DNA of 64,000 nucleotides from Dehalococcoidia bacterium (GTDB lineage: Bacteria > Chloroflexota > Dehalococcoidia > GIF9 > AB-539-J10). The translations under genes and the position numbers were made by a program. Positions 38,605 to 47,681 of the stretch are shown piece after piece. Every line of letters begins with the position of its first letter. Within the stretch, counting starts at the first letter, position 1. Below the pieces are notes generated by a model. That model did no database searches and was not told the origin of the DNA. It saw nothing but the letters and a program-made list of their open reading frames with translations. Location of the stretch: assembly GCA_030612025.1 (NCBI GenBank), contig JAUWOR010000009.1, positions 1 through 64,000 on the forward strand. Reading direction: 5' to 3'.

Positions 38605-39933
38605 ATGAATTATAGCCAGGCAGAAGAGTATCTTCATAGCTTTATTGATTACGAAAAGATTCCCGGTATATCTTACGCCTCCCATGACTATAGCCTGAAG
38701 CATGTAGAAGAACTTTTGCACCGATTGGGTGACCCTCATTTAGCCGCCAAGACAGTTCATGTAGCCGGTACCAAGGGGAAGGGGAGCATAGCAGCTATGA
38801 TTGCCCAGGTTTTGACTGTCTCAGGCTATCGGACGGGATTATATACCTCCCCCCATTTTTACACCTTAAGGGAGCGCATCAGGGTGGGCAGTAATTTGAT
38901 TTCGGAAGAAGAGTTCGCTGCTTTGATGACGGAAGTAAAGCCCTATTTTGAGGCCATGAACCACGACCCTCTTTATAGGCAATTGACTTTCTTCGAAGTA
39001 CTGACTGCGCTGGCATTTGCCTATTTCAGGCAGAAGCAAGCAGATTTTCAAGTATTAGAAGTAGGCTTAGGTGGCCGGCTTGACGCTACCAATGTGGCTA
39101 AGCCCGAGGTATGTGTCATCACTCCTATTAGCCTGGAGCACACTCAGGTTTTGGGTGATAGCCTGGAAAAGATAGCTTATGAGAAAGCAGGCATTATTAA
39201 ACCTGCCCGCTTTGTGGTGAGTTCTGCTCAGCTAAAAGAAGTGTCTCAGGTAATTAGTGACGTTTGCTGCCAGCGAGGGGCAAATTTAGTTCAGGTAGGC
39301 AAAGATATTACCTGGCGCAGGATAGCTGGTGACTTCCACCAGCAAGCGTTTGTAGTTCAGGGTAAAATGGGTACTCATCAGCTTACTATTTCACTCTTAG
39401 GTGATTACCAGGTTGAGAATGCCGCCACTGCTGTAGCTACCCTGGAGATATTGGCATCCTTCGGCTTTAACATTGCTGCTGCCGATATTGCCCAAGGGCT
39501 GGCCCAGGTTGAGTGGCCGGGGCGATTCCAGATTTTAAGTCATCAACCGATAGTGTTAGTTGACGGTGCTCACAATGTGGGTTCAATGAAGAGGCTGGTG
39601 GAGAACATTAGAGCATATTTTAATTATGACAAACTTTTCCTCATCATTGGGATATCTTGTGATAAAGACATATCGGGGATAGTGAAAGAATTAATTGGTC
39701 TCTCCCCTCAAGTCATCGTCACACGTTCTTCGCATTCTCGTGCCGCCTCCCCTCCACTTATAGCTGCTGAGTTTAGCAAGTGGGGCATTACCTCAACCAT
39801 TAGTGCTGCTGTATCCCAAGCCCTTTCCCAAACTTTGTCTATCGCTGGCAGGAAAGACCTCGTTTGCGTTACCGGTTCTCTATTTGTCGTGGCAGAGGCT
39901 TTGGATTATGCCGCTAGCCATTCCAATTTCTAA
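38605..39933 (+). CDS. folC: Folylpolyglutamate synthase/dihydrofolate synthase
   Basis: HVAGTKGKGS, EVGLGGRLDATN, DGAHN. Confidence 0.95.
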   Translation: MNYSQAEEYLHSFIDYEKIPGISYASHDYSLKHVEELLHRLGDPHLAAKTVHVAGTKGKGSIAAMIAQVLTVSGYRTGLYTSPHFYTLRERIRVGSNLISEEEFAALMTEVKPYFEAMNHDPLYRQLTFFEVLTALAFAYFRQKQADFQVLEVGLGGRLDATNVAKPEVCVITPISLEHTQVLGDSLEKIAYEKAGIIKPARFVVSSAQLKEVSQVISDVCCQRGANLVQVGKDITWRRIAGDFHQQAFVVQGKMGTHQLTISLLGDYQVENAATAVATLEILASFGFNIAAADIAQGLAQVEWPGRFQILSHQPIVLVDGAHNVGSMKRLVENIRAYFNYDKLFLIIGISCDKDISGIVKELIGLSPQVIVTRSSHSRAASPPLIAAEFSKWGITSTISAAVSQALSQTLSIAGRKDLVCVTGSLFVVAEALDYAASHSNF

Positions 39934-40193
39934 GGTTGAGTTACTATAGGGGAGGTAAGAGCCTCCTTGGGCAGCATATTGACTAACATTTGCTGTAACG
40001 CCATAGTATGGCTACAAGTCTCCCATTGAGAAAAGAAATGGCAGTTACATTGCCACTTTCCATCAGTGTAGCTTAACTTATAATTATTATTATCTCCGCG
40101 GAAGTCAGCCGTGAGACCTGACAAGGTAACACGGTCTGGCTCTTGGGCATATCTTTTGGCTTTTTCAATCTTCCCAATAAGGCTTGATCTCAT
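39930..40193 (-). CDS. Small SWIM zinc-finger-like conserved protein
   Basis: CNC...CSH motif; AAGGAGG RBS. Confidence 0.8.
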   Translation of the reverse strand: MRSSLIGKIEKAKRYAQEPDRVTLSGLTADFRGDNNNYKLSYTDGKWQCNCHFFSQWETCSHTMALQQMLVNMLPKEALTSPIVTQP

Positions 40194-40209
40194 TCCCGTA
40201 CCTCCTTAT

Positions 40210-40416
40210 CTATTTATTAAAACCATCCTCAACATAGTTGTTTATTGGTAATCTTAAAGACAATTTCAGCTATCTCAGAGGTGTTTCACCCCCAAATTTT
40301 TGTAGTTGCCTGATTTATCAGGCACAGGCGCCCAATAAATTGGGCAACTACATTTTTAAACGGCCGCTATTTATTAAAACCCATCTCAACATAGTTGTTT
40401 ATTGGTAATCTTAAAG
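40210..40416. repeat. ~50 bp direct repeat enclosing a GTAG-type REP doublet
   Basis: 40210-40259 and 40367-40416 near-identical; TGTAGTTGCC...GGCAACTACA between them. Confidence 0.85.
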
Positions 40417-40526
40417 GGCACTAAGCAAAGTATATAATAGGTCTTGGGAAAAGTCTAGGAAACTAAGCCACTCAAGACAATGAGTTCTTGCTATTGTAGT
40501 GGGTTTGTTGCCATAGATTGGGGCGA

Positions 40527-40724
40527 TTATGGTTTGTGGTTATTGTGTGTGATAAAACTTTCCACGTCCTCATGTTTGAACCTGCGGTCACCCCTTGGCC
40601 CCAGGCGGTAGACATGGATCAGTCCTCTATTGGCCCAGTGCCTCACTGTGTTGGCATGAACATGCAAAAGCTGAGCTACCTCTGTGGTGGTCAATATCTC
40701 TGAATTCCTCGACCTCTGTGCCAT
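40527..40724 (-). CDS. Excisionase-family HTH DNA-binding protein
   Basis: LTTTEVAQLLHVHANTVRHW...RLGPRGDRRF. Confidence 0.88.
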   Translation of the reverse strand: MAQRSRNSEILTTTEVAQLLHVHANTVRHWANRGLIHVYRLGPRGDRRFKHEDVESFITHNNHKP

Positions 40725-40899
40725 GGTACCCTTATCCTCCTTATTTTTATAGAACATTATTTAACCTAACATTACCTCTATTCTCTGTCTATTACCCAAA
40801 AGTCCTATGCCTGAGCCTTGGTGGTCATCTCCTTAGCCAAAAGTCCCAGAAAAACAGGACGTCTGTCCTATTTTTGGAGGTAAAGTAAAGATAATGCTA

Positions 40900-40927
40900 T
40901 TGACATGAGTGTGGTGTATGGTAAAAT
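40900..40927 (+). promoter_or_regulatory. Sigma70 promoter for the riboswitch leader
   Basis: TTGACA-16 nt-TAAAAT. Confidence 0.6.
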
Positions 40928-40959
40928 AGTCGTAGGACTTAAAAAGGCAAAATTTACTG

Positions 40960-41055
40960 GGTGAGGGGGCGATGAAGCGGGGCTTGTAGCTGGTCGCTTG
41001 GGTTCTGTGGAGCCAATGGCGAAACCGACCTCAGATGAGGGGTTTCGTTTTTTTA
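40960..41055 (+). ncRNA. c-di-GMP-II riboswitch with overlapping terminator
   Basis: GG..GATGA-CGGGGCT..GGTCGCTTG-GGTTCTG-TGGAG..GCGAAACCGACC matches the class II layout with pseudoknot; P1 TGAGG/CCTCA; CGAAACC...GGTTTCG plus T-run. Confidence 0.8.
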
Positions 41056-41056
41056 T

Positions 41057-41770
41057 TTGGAGACGCAGATGAAAGTTCTGGTTGTTGGTGGCTCGCGGGA
41101 CTCGGCACAAGACATTTCCCTCATCCTGAAGGTAAGATGGCCACAGCTAAGCTTAGTCCAGGCCACTGAAGCAAGGGAAGGCATAGAGCTGATACATCGG
41201 GAACAACCCGACATCGTTGGGCTTCATCTCGATTCAGCAGCTCTGGACTGTTTTGACCTCATAAGCCAGATTCGTAGTTTTTCCGATGTGCCCCTCATTG
41301 TTCTTAGTCAAAGTGATGATGTTGTAGACAAGGTAAGGGCTCTGGAAATGGGTGCTGATGACTGGATTGCCCCATCCTCTATACCTATGGAATTTATCGC
41401 TAAGGTGACCGCTATCCTTCGCCGTTGCGCCGCTAATGCTAAGGAGCAAGTCTCCTCTTTCCTCGACGGCAAGCTAAGGATAAATTACGCCACTCATGAG
41501 GTATGCGTCTCGGGAAGACCAGTGAAGCTGACCCCTATCGAGTATAAACTTCTTTGCCAGTTAGTCAAAAATGGGGGAAGCGTAGTCAGCCAGGTAAATT
41601 TGCTCCAGAGTGTCTGGGGACCAAATTATGGAGCTGACCCTGAATTTCTCAAGAAGTATATCTACCGGCTACGCTCTAAAGTTGAAGAAGAGCCTGCTGC
41701 CCCGAAAATCATTCTCACTGAAAGAGGTGTAGGCTACATCTTCGTTGGAGCCCCAAATTCTGCAACCTAA
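41057..41770 (+). CDS. OmpR-family response regulator with atypical receiver
   Basis: Receiver plus wHTH (LTPIEYKLL, YIYRLRSK, TERGVGY); acidic pocket and conserved Lys degenerate. Confidence 0.88.
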   Translation: METQMKVLVVGGSRDSAQDISLILKVRWPQLSLVQATEAREGIELIHREQPDIVGLHLDSAALDCFDLISQIRSFSDVPLIVLSQSDDVVDKVRALEMGADDWIAPSSIPMEFIAKVTAILRRCAANAKEQVSSFLDGKLRINYATHEVCVSGRPVKLTPIEYKLLCQLVKNGGSVVSQVNLLQSVWGPNYGADPEFLKKYIYRLRSKVEEEPAAPKIILTERGVGYIFVGAPNSAT

Positions 41771-41841
41771 TTTCTACCAGTGATCTAGTTCAGATAGATA
41801 GGTGACACTTGGGGCGATTTTTTATGCCATTGTGAGAATAA

Positions 41842-41965
41842 GGCGGGGATGACCCCCGCCACTACGATTAGCTTCCCCTTTGTAGTACGACCCTTTAGGG
41901 TCGTGCGGCACGAGGCTTTAGCCTCGCACTACGAAGTTAAGCTGCTGCACGGCTCGCAATGACAA
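41842..41965. repeat. GTAG-type REP cluster, inverted copy of 49041-49094
   Basis: CCGCCACTACGATTAGCTTCCCCTTTGTAGTACGACCCTTTAGGGTCGTGCGGC. Confidence 0.8.
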
Positions 41966-42108
41966 ACAGGGTGAGCCTCGTAGGGTTTGGGGCTTGTCCC
42001 CGACCGAGGTGCGGTGGCGGGGCAATGTCAGATATTGCACAGCTTATTGACGAGGTCTTTGGAACTTGCTAGACTGAACCCAGTAACAGCAACTAATAGG
42101 GGCGAAGT

Positions 42109-42345
42109 ATGACAAGAACAACTAAAACTGTAACCTTATCTCTGCCTCCAGAGATGGCAGATAAAATAGAAGAGTTAATGAAGAAAGAAGGTAGAACTAG
42201 GAGCGAGCTTCTAAGGGAAGCCCTCAGGCAATATGTTGAGGAGCGAGAATGGCGGGAAATCTTGAGGTATGGCAGAATGAAAGCGAAGGAGAAGGGAATC
42301 ACCGAAGATCAGGTAGAAGACATTGTTGATGCCTACCGAAAGTAG
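42109..42345 (+). CDS. CopG/RHH antitoxin
   Basis: TVTLSLPPEM...GRTRSELLREALRQY. Confidence 0.88.
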   Translation: MTRTTKTVTLSLPPEMADKIEELMKKEGRTRSELLREALRQYVEEREWREILRYGRMKAKEKGITEDQVEDIVDAYRK

Positions 42346-42502
42346 AGAGCCAGAGGTAGTAATAGATACCAATGTCTTTATTTCAGGCCTGAATTTCACT
42401 GGAAAACCAAGCGAAGTTTTAAAGTTATTCTGGAAAGGGGAAATAAGAGTTTTTATTTCCCCTTTTATGCTATCCCCATCTGAGTTTCTTAAATTCTTAT
42501 AG
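42329..42502 (+). pseudogene. Internally deleted PIN toxin
   Basis: VVIDTNVFISGL N-terminus joined directly to an LSPSEFL C-terminus; only 57 aa. Confidence 0.8.
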
Positions 42503-42614
42503 CAGGGACGCGCCCCCATCAATCAGTTTCCACCAGATAGAGACTTTTTTCTATTACCTAAGTACTGCATCTTTCGTCCTTAGCAATTAGACTGTGATTT
42601 AGGCTTAGCTCAAG

Positions 42615-43007
42615 ATGCGGAAAATCTTACTGATTCATCCTGACTTGGCGCTGGGAGATGACTTGGCTTTTGTATTACAGCATTCAGGTTTTCAAGTGAC
42701 ACATGCTATCGAGTGTCAGCAAGCTTTGGCTGAGGTATGCCGAAGCTGCCCTGACCTTGTAGTCATAGCTGAGGGCACCCCCAAATTGAATGGAGACGAG
42801 CTGTGTGTGCGTATTCGGGGGATATGCCAGGTTCCCATCATCATCCTGGGGCAGGACCACGAGGAAGCGGCTGGGATTAACCTCCTGGAAATGGGCGCTG
42901 ATGCTTATTTAACCTCTCCCCTAAACCTGAGGGAATTACTCGCCCGGATTCGTTCCTTACTCCGCCGCGCCAAAGGGAATCCTAAGGATTATGGAAAAAG
43001 AGGATAG
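42615..43007 (+). CDS. Stand-alone pseudo-receiver protein
   Basis: Receiver fold (GADAYL..P...ELLARIRSLLRR); phospho-Asp and Lys absent. Confidence 0.8.
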   Translation: MRKILLIHPDLALGDDLAFVLQHSGFQVTHAIECQQALAEVCRSCPDLVVIAEGTPKLNGDELCVRIRGICQVPIIILGQDHEEAAGINLLEMGADAYLTSPLNLRELLARIRSLLRRAKGNPKDYGKRG

Positions 43008-43042
43008 TTAAGATGAAAGCTGGCTATAGGAGAAGCAAGAAT

Positions 43043-43267
43043 TTAAAGAAGCTCTGTAAACTCGTCAACCGTGAGGTCAGCCTTACGGATAAGGGTTCGC
43101 AGTGTGCCTGGCTTGAGTTCTTTTCTTCCCCCGGGAACGCTAAGGTGACGTCCGTCGGGATGATAAAGGATGGCATGTCGTCCTTTCCAGTGGTCAAGAG
43201 AGAAGCCAGCTCTCCCAAAGGCTTTGATAGCATCATCTCCTCTTACCACAGGCAGCTTTGCCATCAA
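43043..43267 (-). CDS. hicA: HicA toxin
   Basis: KGRHAILYHPDGRHLSVP...GTLR. Confidence 0.88.
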   Translation of the reverse strand: MMAKLPVVRGDDAIKAFGRAGFSLDHWKGRHAILYHPDGRHLSVPGGRKELKPGTLRTLIRKADLTVDEFTELL

Positions 43268-43557
43268 ACTGGAACCTTAGGAGTTACCTCTACCTCGTCG
43301 GTCTCAATCTTGAGGGGGAGTCCTTCTGCTCTCCGCTCACTTAGACAGCAGCGTATCTCTTGTGACACAAGTTCCGCTGTCTCTTCCGGCAGAGGCATAT
43401 TATGTTTCTCTCTCAGGGCTAAAATTCCCTCGATAGCCTCCCGAATGTTAGCCATGGCTTCCTCGCGACTGTCGCCCTGGCTGACACAACCTGGTAGAGC
43501 AGGGCAGTGGATAGAATATCCGATGTTCTCAGGCTCAAGGATAACGGTGAATTTCAT
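43264..43557 (-). CDS. hicB: HicB antitoxin
   Basis: CPALPGCVSQGDSREEAMANIREAI; ATG 43557 after GGAGG. Confidence 0.9.
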   Translation of the reverse strand: MKFTVILEPENIGYSIHCPALPGCVSQGDSREEAMANIREAIEGILALREKHNMPLPEETAELVSQEIRCCLSERRAEGLPLKIETDEVEVTPKVPV

Positions 43558-44244
43558 AGGTAACCTCCGCTTAAATAGCATAGCAACAGGAATTTGAAAA
43601 TGCAAAATAGTCTGTCTAAAAACCTTCTTGATTACTACCCATGCCGAGCCCTTGGGCTCTATTCCCCGCTTTCCTCTCCCTTGACGGGAGAGGATGAAGG
43701 TGAGGGTGATAAAAGAGCCGGTCGATCTTGGGCCATTGGGCTTAAGCCCGGTAAGGCACGCCGCAAATCAAAGATGAGGTGGAATTAAGATATGCCCGAT
43801 GAGATAGAGCAATTCCCAGGCTCCCCGAAATCACCCCTCCAAGCGTGTTTTAAGAACGTAGTGCGAGACCTCAACCAAAAAATATTTGTAGTGCGAGGCT
43901 TTAGCCTCGTGCACGACCCTGAAGGGTCGCACTACGAAAATGTTGAAACTAGGGGTGGTAAGCGGAGCATGGTCGATGTGGGCAAAAATCTCAACTATGA
44001 TTGCCAGGTTCTTCTGTATCGTTGTGGCGAGGTTTTTCCCTTTGTCATTGCGAGGCACGAAGTGCCGAAGCAATCTCAAATTGGGCAAAAGGAGAAAAAG
44101 CGTTCAGTTATCGGTCATCAGCGACCAGCCGGGAGGATGAGGCATCTGACCGCTGAATTCTGAAGGCTGAAAGCTTCTAAGAAAGCGAAAGCTATTTACT
44201 GAAAGCTGATAGCTAAATGCTTAAAAAACAAGGAGGAAAAATAG

Positions 44245-45255
44245 ATGAAAAAATTAGTTAGCATATTGCTAACACTGGCAGTGGCAGTTTCACTGTTGGT
44301 TATGCCGGCAGTGGTTAATGCTGACAGCCCTAGTGCTGTAGGGTTTAGCACTGAAGGAGATGGCACAGCGGTGTGGTCAGATGCAGCATCCCATAGCGGA
44401 AGCTACTCGGTTCTATTAACCGCCGCGAACCCAGACAGTGCCGCTGTAGGTATTCCAATTGTTCCAGTTTGGCTGTGGCTGGCCGATGTAGAACAGTTAT
44501 CCTTCTGGTACAATAGTGAATCATATCTTCCCGGGACGGGTACTATTGTGGGGCCAGACATGGACCTAATTCTGCTTGATGGATCTCATCAGCACTATCT
44601 AGCTGGCACGGGAGGTGCAGTAGACAGCGGTGGTGCCTGGTGGGGGGCAGATGCCATATCGGGTGCCCATCTTACTCCTTCAGGTACGGATGCGATATGG
44701 TGGTACGGAACCTGGGACGGAACAGATCCAGCCACCTACGTGTCCGTGACGTCTGGTAGTCACATTACATTCGCTGACCTTAAAGCAGCTCTTTCGGACG
44801 CCGTGGTCCTCGGCGTAGTGGTCAACCTTGATCCACCCAGTGTAGATGGAAGCGGAAGTGTCTACGTTGATGACATCACGGTAAACGACGTCACCTACGA
44901 CCTTGAGCCTGGTGGAGTAGTGGATATGGGCACCAATGTTTTGGTAGACTCAATCCAGATTGATGTTTCACCAAGCTCCTTAGGCTTTGGTGACGTTTAC
45001 CCAGAAGACTGCTCACCTGCCAAGACCCTCACCATCAAGAACACTGGCAGTGTGACAGTCAACCTTTCTGCTTCGACTGAATCAGCCTTCTATAATCTTT
45101 GTCTTGATATTCAAGGCAGTTCCGTAGCGGGGTGGTTCGTTCCCGGATTAGTGGAAGATGCTGTTCACAATGCGGAGCTCAAAGTTTGTGTTCCCCCTAA
45201 CTATCCGGCCGGTGTTCAAACTGGCACCTTAATCATCTGGGCTAGGAAAGCATAA
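44245..45255 (+). CDS. Secreted protein with beta-sandwich and C-terminal Ig/WxL/TasA-like domain
   Basis: Signal peptide; LGFGDV.P, TIKNTGSV and terminal GTLIIWA strand. Confidence 0.75.
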   Translation: MKKLVSILLTLAVAVSLLVMPAVVNADSPSAVGFSTEGDGTAVWSDAASHSGSYSVLLTAANPDSAAVGIPIVPVWLWLADVEQLSFWYNSESYLPGTGTIVGPDMDLILLDGSHQHYLAGTGGAVDSGGAWWGADAISGAHLTPSGTDAIWWYGTWDGTDPATYVSVTSGSHITFADLKAALSDAVVLGVVVNLDPPSVDGSGSVYVDDITVNDVTYDLEPGGVVDMGTNVLVDSIQIDVSPSSLGFGDVYPEDCSPAKTLTIKNTGSVTVNLSASTESAFYNLCLDIQGSSVAGWFVPGLVEDAVHNAELKVCVPPNYPAGVQTGTLIIWARKA

Positions 45256-45266
45256 ACTCCAGTTCG

Positions 45267-45296
45267 ATGGAGGTGGCCTTCGGGCTGCCTCCATCC
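45267..45296 (+). terminator. Stable hairpin after the secreted protein gene
   Basis: GATGGAGGTGGCC-TTCG-GGCTGCCTCCATC. Confidence 0.6.
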
Positions 45297-45316
45297 TCTC
45301 AATATAAGGAAAGGAG

Positions 45317-45913
45317 GTGAATAAAATGAAAAAACACATAGGTATATTGATAGCAGTAGCTCTTTTGTTATTGCCAATACCAGCGTTAGCTTCTAGCTTT
45401 GGTATTGGCCCGCCAGAAATTGAGCTCGAGGTTCCAAGCGATGGTAGTGCAACAGCAACGTTCTACATAAGTAGTGACTTCGATGGTGAACTTCAAGTGA
45501 GCTTGGTGGATATCCCATTAAAGGTAGAGCCAACAACTATACCAATTACCAAATCAGATAACAACCGTGAAGTAAAACTAACTTTCTATGGTGATGATTC
45601 TCTTGGTCAGCAAACATTCAATGGTGAAATGAGGTTCTTAGCTTTGACTGGAGGCAACATTGCTAGTGGAATAATAATCGATGTCAAAATAACCAATGTA
45701 GTTGAAGGGCAACCAATTCCAAAGGAAGCAAGTCCTCCAGAGCAGTCCTCACCTCCAGAGTCAACAGGGCCATCATCAGAGCAGCCAGCTCCAGAAAAAC
45801 AGGGTGGAATAGCAGGTATGTCCTCCACCATGGCAATTATCATAGCGGGAGGCCTGGTTTTTGTAGGCCTGATAGTTCTCAGTATAACCTTACTTAGAAG
45901 GAGAAAGTACTGA
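45317..45913 (+). CDS. Membrane-anchored surface protein
   Basis: Signal peptide, FGIGPPEIEL Ig-like domain, Pro/Ser/Glu linker, C-terminal TM plus RRRK. Confidence 0.8.
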   Translation: MNKMKKHIGILIAVALLLLPIPALASSFGIGPPEIELEVPSDGSATATFYISSDFDGELQVSLVDIPLKVEPTTIPITKSDNNREVKLTFYGDDSLGQQTFNGEMRFLALTGGNIASGIIIDVKITNVVEGQPIPKEASPPEQSSPPESTGPSSEQPAPEKQGGIAGMSSTMAIIIAGGLVFVGLIVLSITLLRRRKY

Positions 45914-45939
45914 AAATAATCAAGATTGTCCTGGCTGCG

Positions 45940-46362
45940 GTGCTATCATTCGCACTGCTAGTGGCAATAACCCCCCTGGCTCAAGCTGACGATAGCAAAG
46001 CCGAAGTCAAGCTAAAGGTTAAAGTTGTCTCACCGGTTACGGTAACTACCGGTTACGCTTGGCCTGTCGGTTACCGTATGGCCCTTCTACATGGCAGGCT
46101 GGATGATATGGGCACCAGCTCATCTGTGGATGTTTACTTCGAGTGTGTTGGAACGACGGACTACGACTCTAGTACCAAAGTCAGAAGAATGACCCACACA
46201 GGGCGTTTTTCCGCTGTCATTCACGACTTAACTCCGGGCACTACCTACCATTTTAGAGCTGTGGCGAAGGGTCATGGCACTATAGTCTATGGTGATGAGA
46301 TTAGCTTTACTACTAAAAAGCAAAAGCGTTTTTGGTGGTGGTTCTGGTGGTGGCGATGGTAA
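45940..46362 (+). CDS. Secreted fibronectin type III protein with Trp-rich tail
   Basis: LTPGTTYHFRAVA FN3 motif; tail KKQKRFWWWFWWWRW. Confidence 0.78.
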   Translation: MLSFALLVAITPLAQADDSKAEVKLKVKVVSPVTVTTGYAWPVGYRMALLHGRLDDMGTSSSVDVYFECVGTTDYDSSTKVRRMTHTGRFSAVIHDLTPGTTYHFRAVAKGHGTIVYGDEISFTTKKQKRFWWWFWWWRW

Positions 46363-46495
46363 GCAATAAGCAGATAGCTAAGGCTCTAAACACGAGCTAG
46401 CAGATTGTAAAGAATTATGTTGTCCTTATACTCGCGAAGTTAAGCAGAAATTAGCTCTGTTTGGGACTGCCAGAGCCAAAAAGAAATACAAGCAG

Positions 46496-46687
46496 GTGAT
46501 GGTGCATATCGAGGAGATGCCTTCAGTAAAACCGAACGAGACAGTCATACCTTTAAGCTCTTTGGATGATCTTGTCCGAATTGCTGATGACCTGGTTAAG
46601 CCGGTGCTGCATCGGATTCAGGAAGGCAGGCATATTTATTGCACCATTGATGGCACAGTAAGATACCAGTACATGAGTCAGCCTTAA
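46496..46687 (+). CDS. Hypothetical protein
   Basis: 63-aa ORF with globular composition. Confidence 0.55.
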   Translation: MMVHIEEMPSVKPNETVIPLSSLDDLVRIADDLVKPVLHRIQEGRHIYCTIDGTVRYQYMSQP

Positions 46688-46729
46688 GAGCGTGCCTTTG
46701 AGGGTGCTCCGTAAATGCTTTGCCTCCTA

Positions 46730-46887
46730 CTAAACTAGCACGGGATGGTCAAATTTGATAACGTCAACAGTGAGATGCTTGGATGGTGTTGTTTTCGCGG
46801 AAATCGACATTGACCTTCTGGTTAACTACTTTTCCTCTGCAGAAATAACATCTGTCGCTCATCCTTCTACCTTCTCGTCTTCCAATC
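46730..46887 (-). pseudogene. TA debris: DUF4258-like end plus internally deleted YgiT-type zinc finger
   Basis: DWKTRR*, then MSDRCYFCRGKV..VNVDFR joined out of frame to HLTVDVIKF. Confidence 0.65.
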
Positions 46888-47101
46888 AGATTCCCTCTCC
46901 ATCCTCCAAGGTGTAAATGTCCTCATCGGGATGGTGCAGGAAATCGTAGCTGCCAGATTGCTGAGCCGCCTGAGCAATGAGCGAGGCAGCTAAGGCATCT
47001 TCCAAGATGAGAATTTCCACCCTTTGCTGCTCAGTGAGGTCTAATTTATGCAGCGGCTTAAAAACTCCGTTTTCATAGATTGCTGGAATTGTGGATAGCA
47101 T
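46886..47101 (-). CDS. AF2212/DUF104-like antitoxin (orphan)
   Basis: IPAIYENGVFKPL; SYDFL..PDEDIYTLEDGE tail. Confidence 0.82.
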   Translation of the reverse strand: MLSTIPAIYENGVFKPLHKLDLTEQQRVEILILEDALAASLIAQAAQQSGSYDFLHHPDEDIYTLEDGEGI

Positions 47102-47336
47102 TATTAACTTCCATGGTGAGGATAGCAAAAGGGATAGGCAGATGTCGATAAGAAATGAGGAGTTTGTCAGAAGGAAATGAAGATTTTTGACATTTTGAGT
47201 TGTGACTTTGAATTTTTACCTCTCGCTCAGAATGATGTCCCCTACTGACTACCCTAGAGAGTTGGCACAGCCGCGTATTTAAAAATGGGAGAATTCAGTG
47301 GTCAATAAAGGGGGAAGGCTGAATTTTAGTTGAGAA

Positions 47337-47681
47337 TCAAGATAATTCCAGATGAATTTTCACTGCCTTTTCAAGCTGGATTATCTCTTCTCTTTCTAAC
47401 TTCCCTATAAGAGTAAGGAGGCGACTCTTGTCAAGAGTGCGAATTTGGTCGGCTTTAACCTTGGAATCCTTGGGAAGATTCCCGGCACCTTTAGGTAGAA
47501 ACAGCTCAAAGGGATAAATCTTCTGGAGGTTTCTAGAGGTTAAGGGTAAGATGGTTACTGTGGCTGAAAATTCATTGTTCTTGTCATTAGAAACGACCAC
47601 AACAGGGCGAGTCTTTGAAATCTCCCTTCCCACCACTGGATCCAGGGCAGTAAGGTATATTTCGCCCCTTTTAATATTCAT
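47337..47681 (-). CDS. mazF: PemK/MazF toxin
   Basis: RGEIY...LDPVVGREISKTRPVVVVSND, DQIRTLDKSR. Confidence 0.93.
   Translation of the reverse strand: MNIKRGEIYLTALDPVVGREISKTRPVVVVSNDKNNEFSATVTILPLTSRNLQKIYPFELFLPKGAGNLPKDSKVKADQIRTLDKSRLLTLIGKLEREEIIQLEKAVKIHLELS

Noticed and set aside
43013-43597. 194-aa + strand ORF
   Set aside because: Antisense to a clear HicAB pair.
43594-44163. ORFs 43594..43788, 43792..44163, 43831..44088 and 43940..44140
   Set aside because: Largely REP-derived peptides with no recognisable domain.
44148-44220. CGCTGAA as a c-di-AMP (ydaO) riboswitch start
   Set aside because: It is part of a CTGA(A/T)AG heptamer run; the remaining ydaO motifs are absent.
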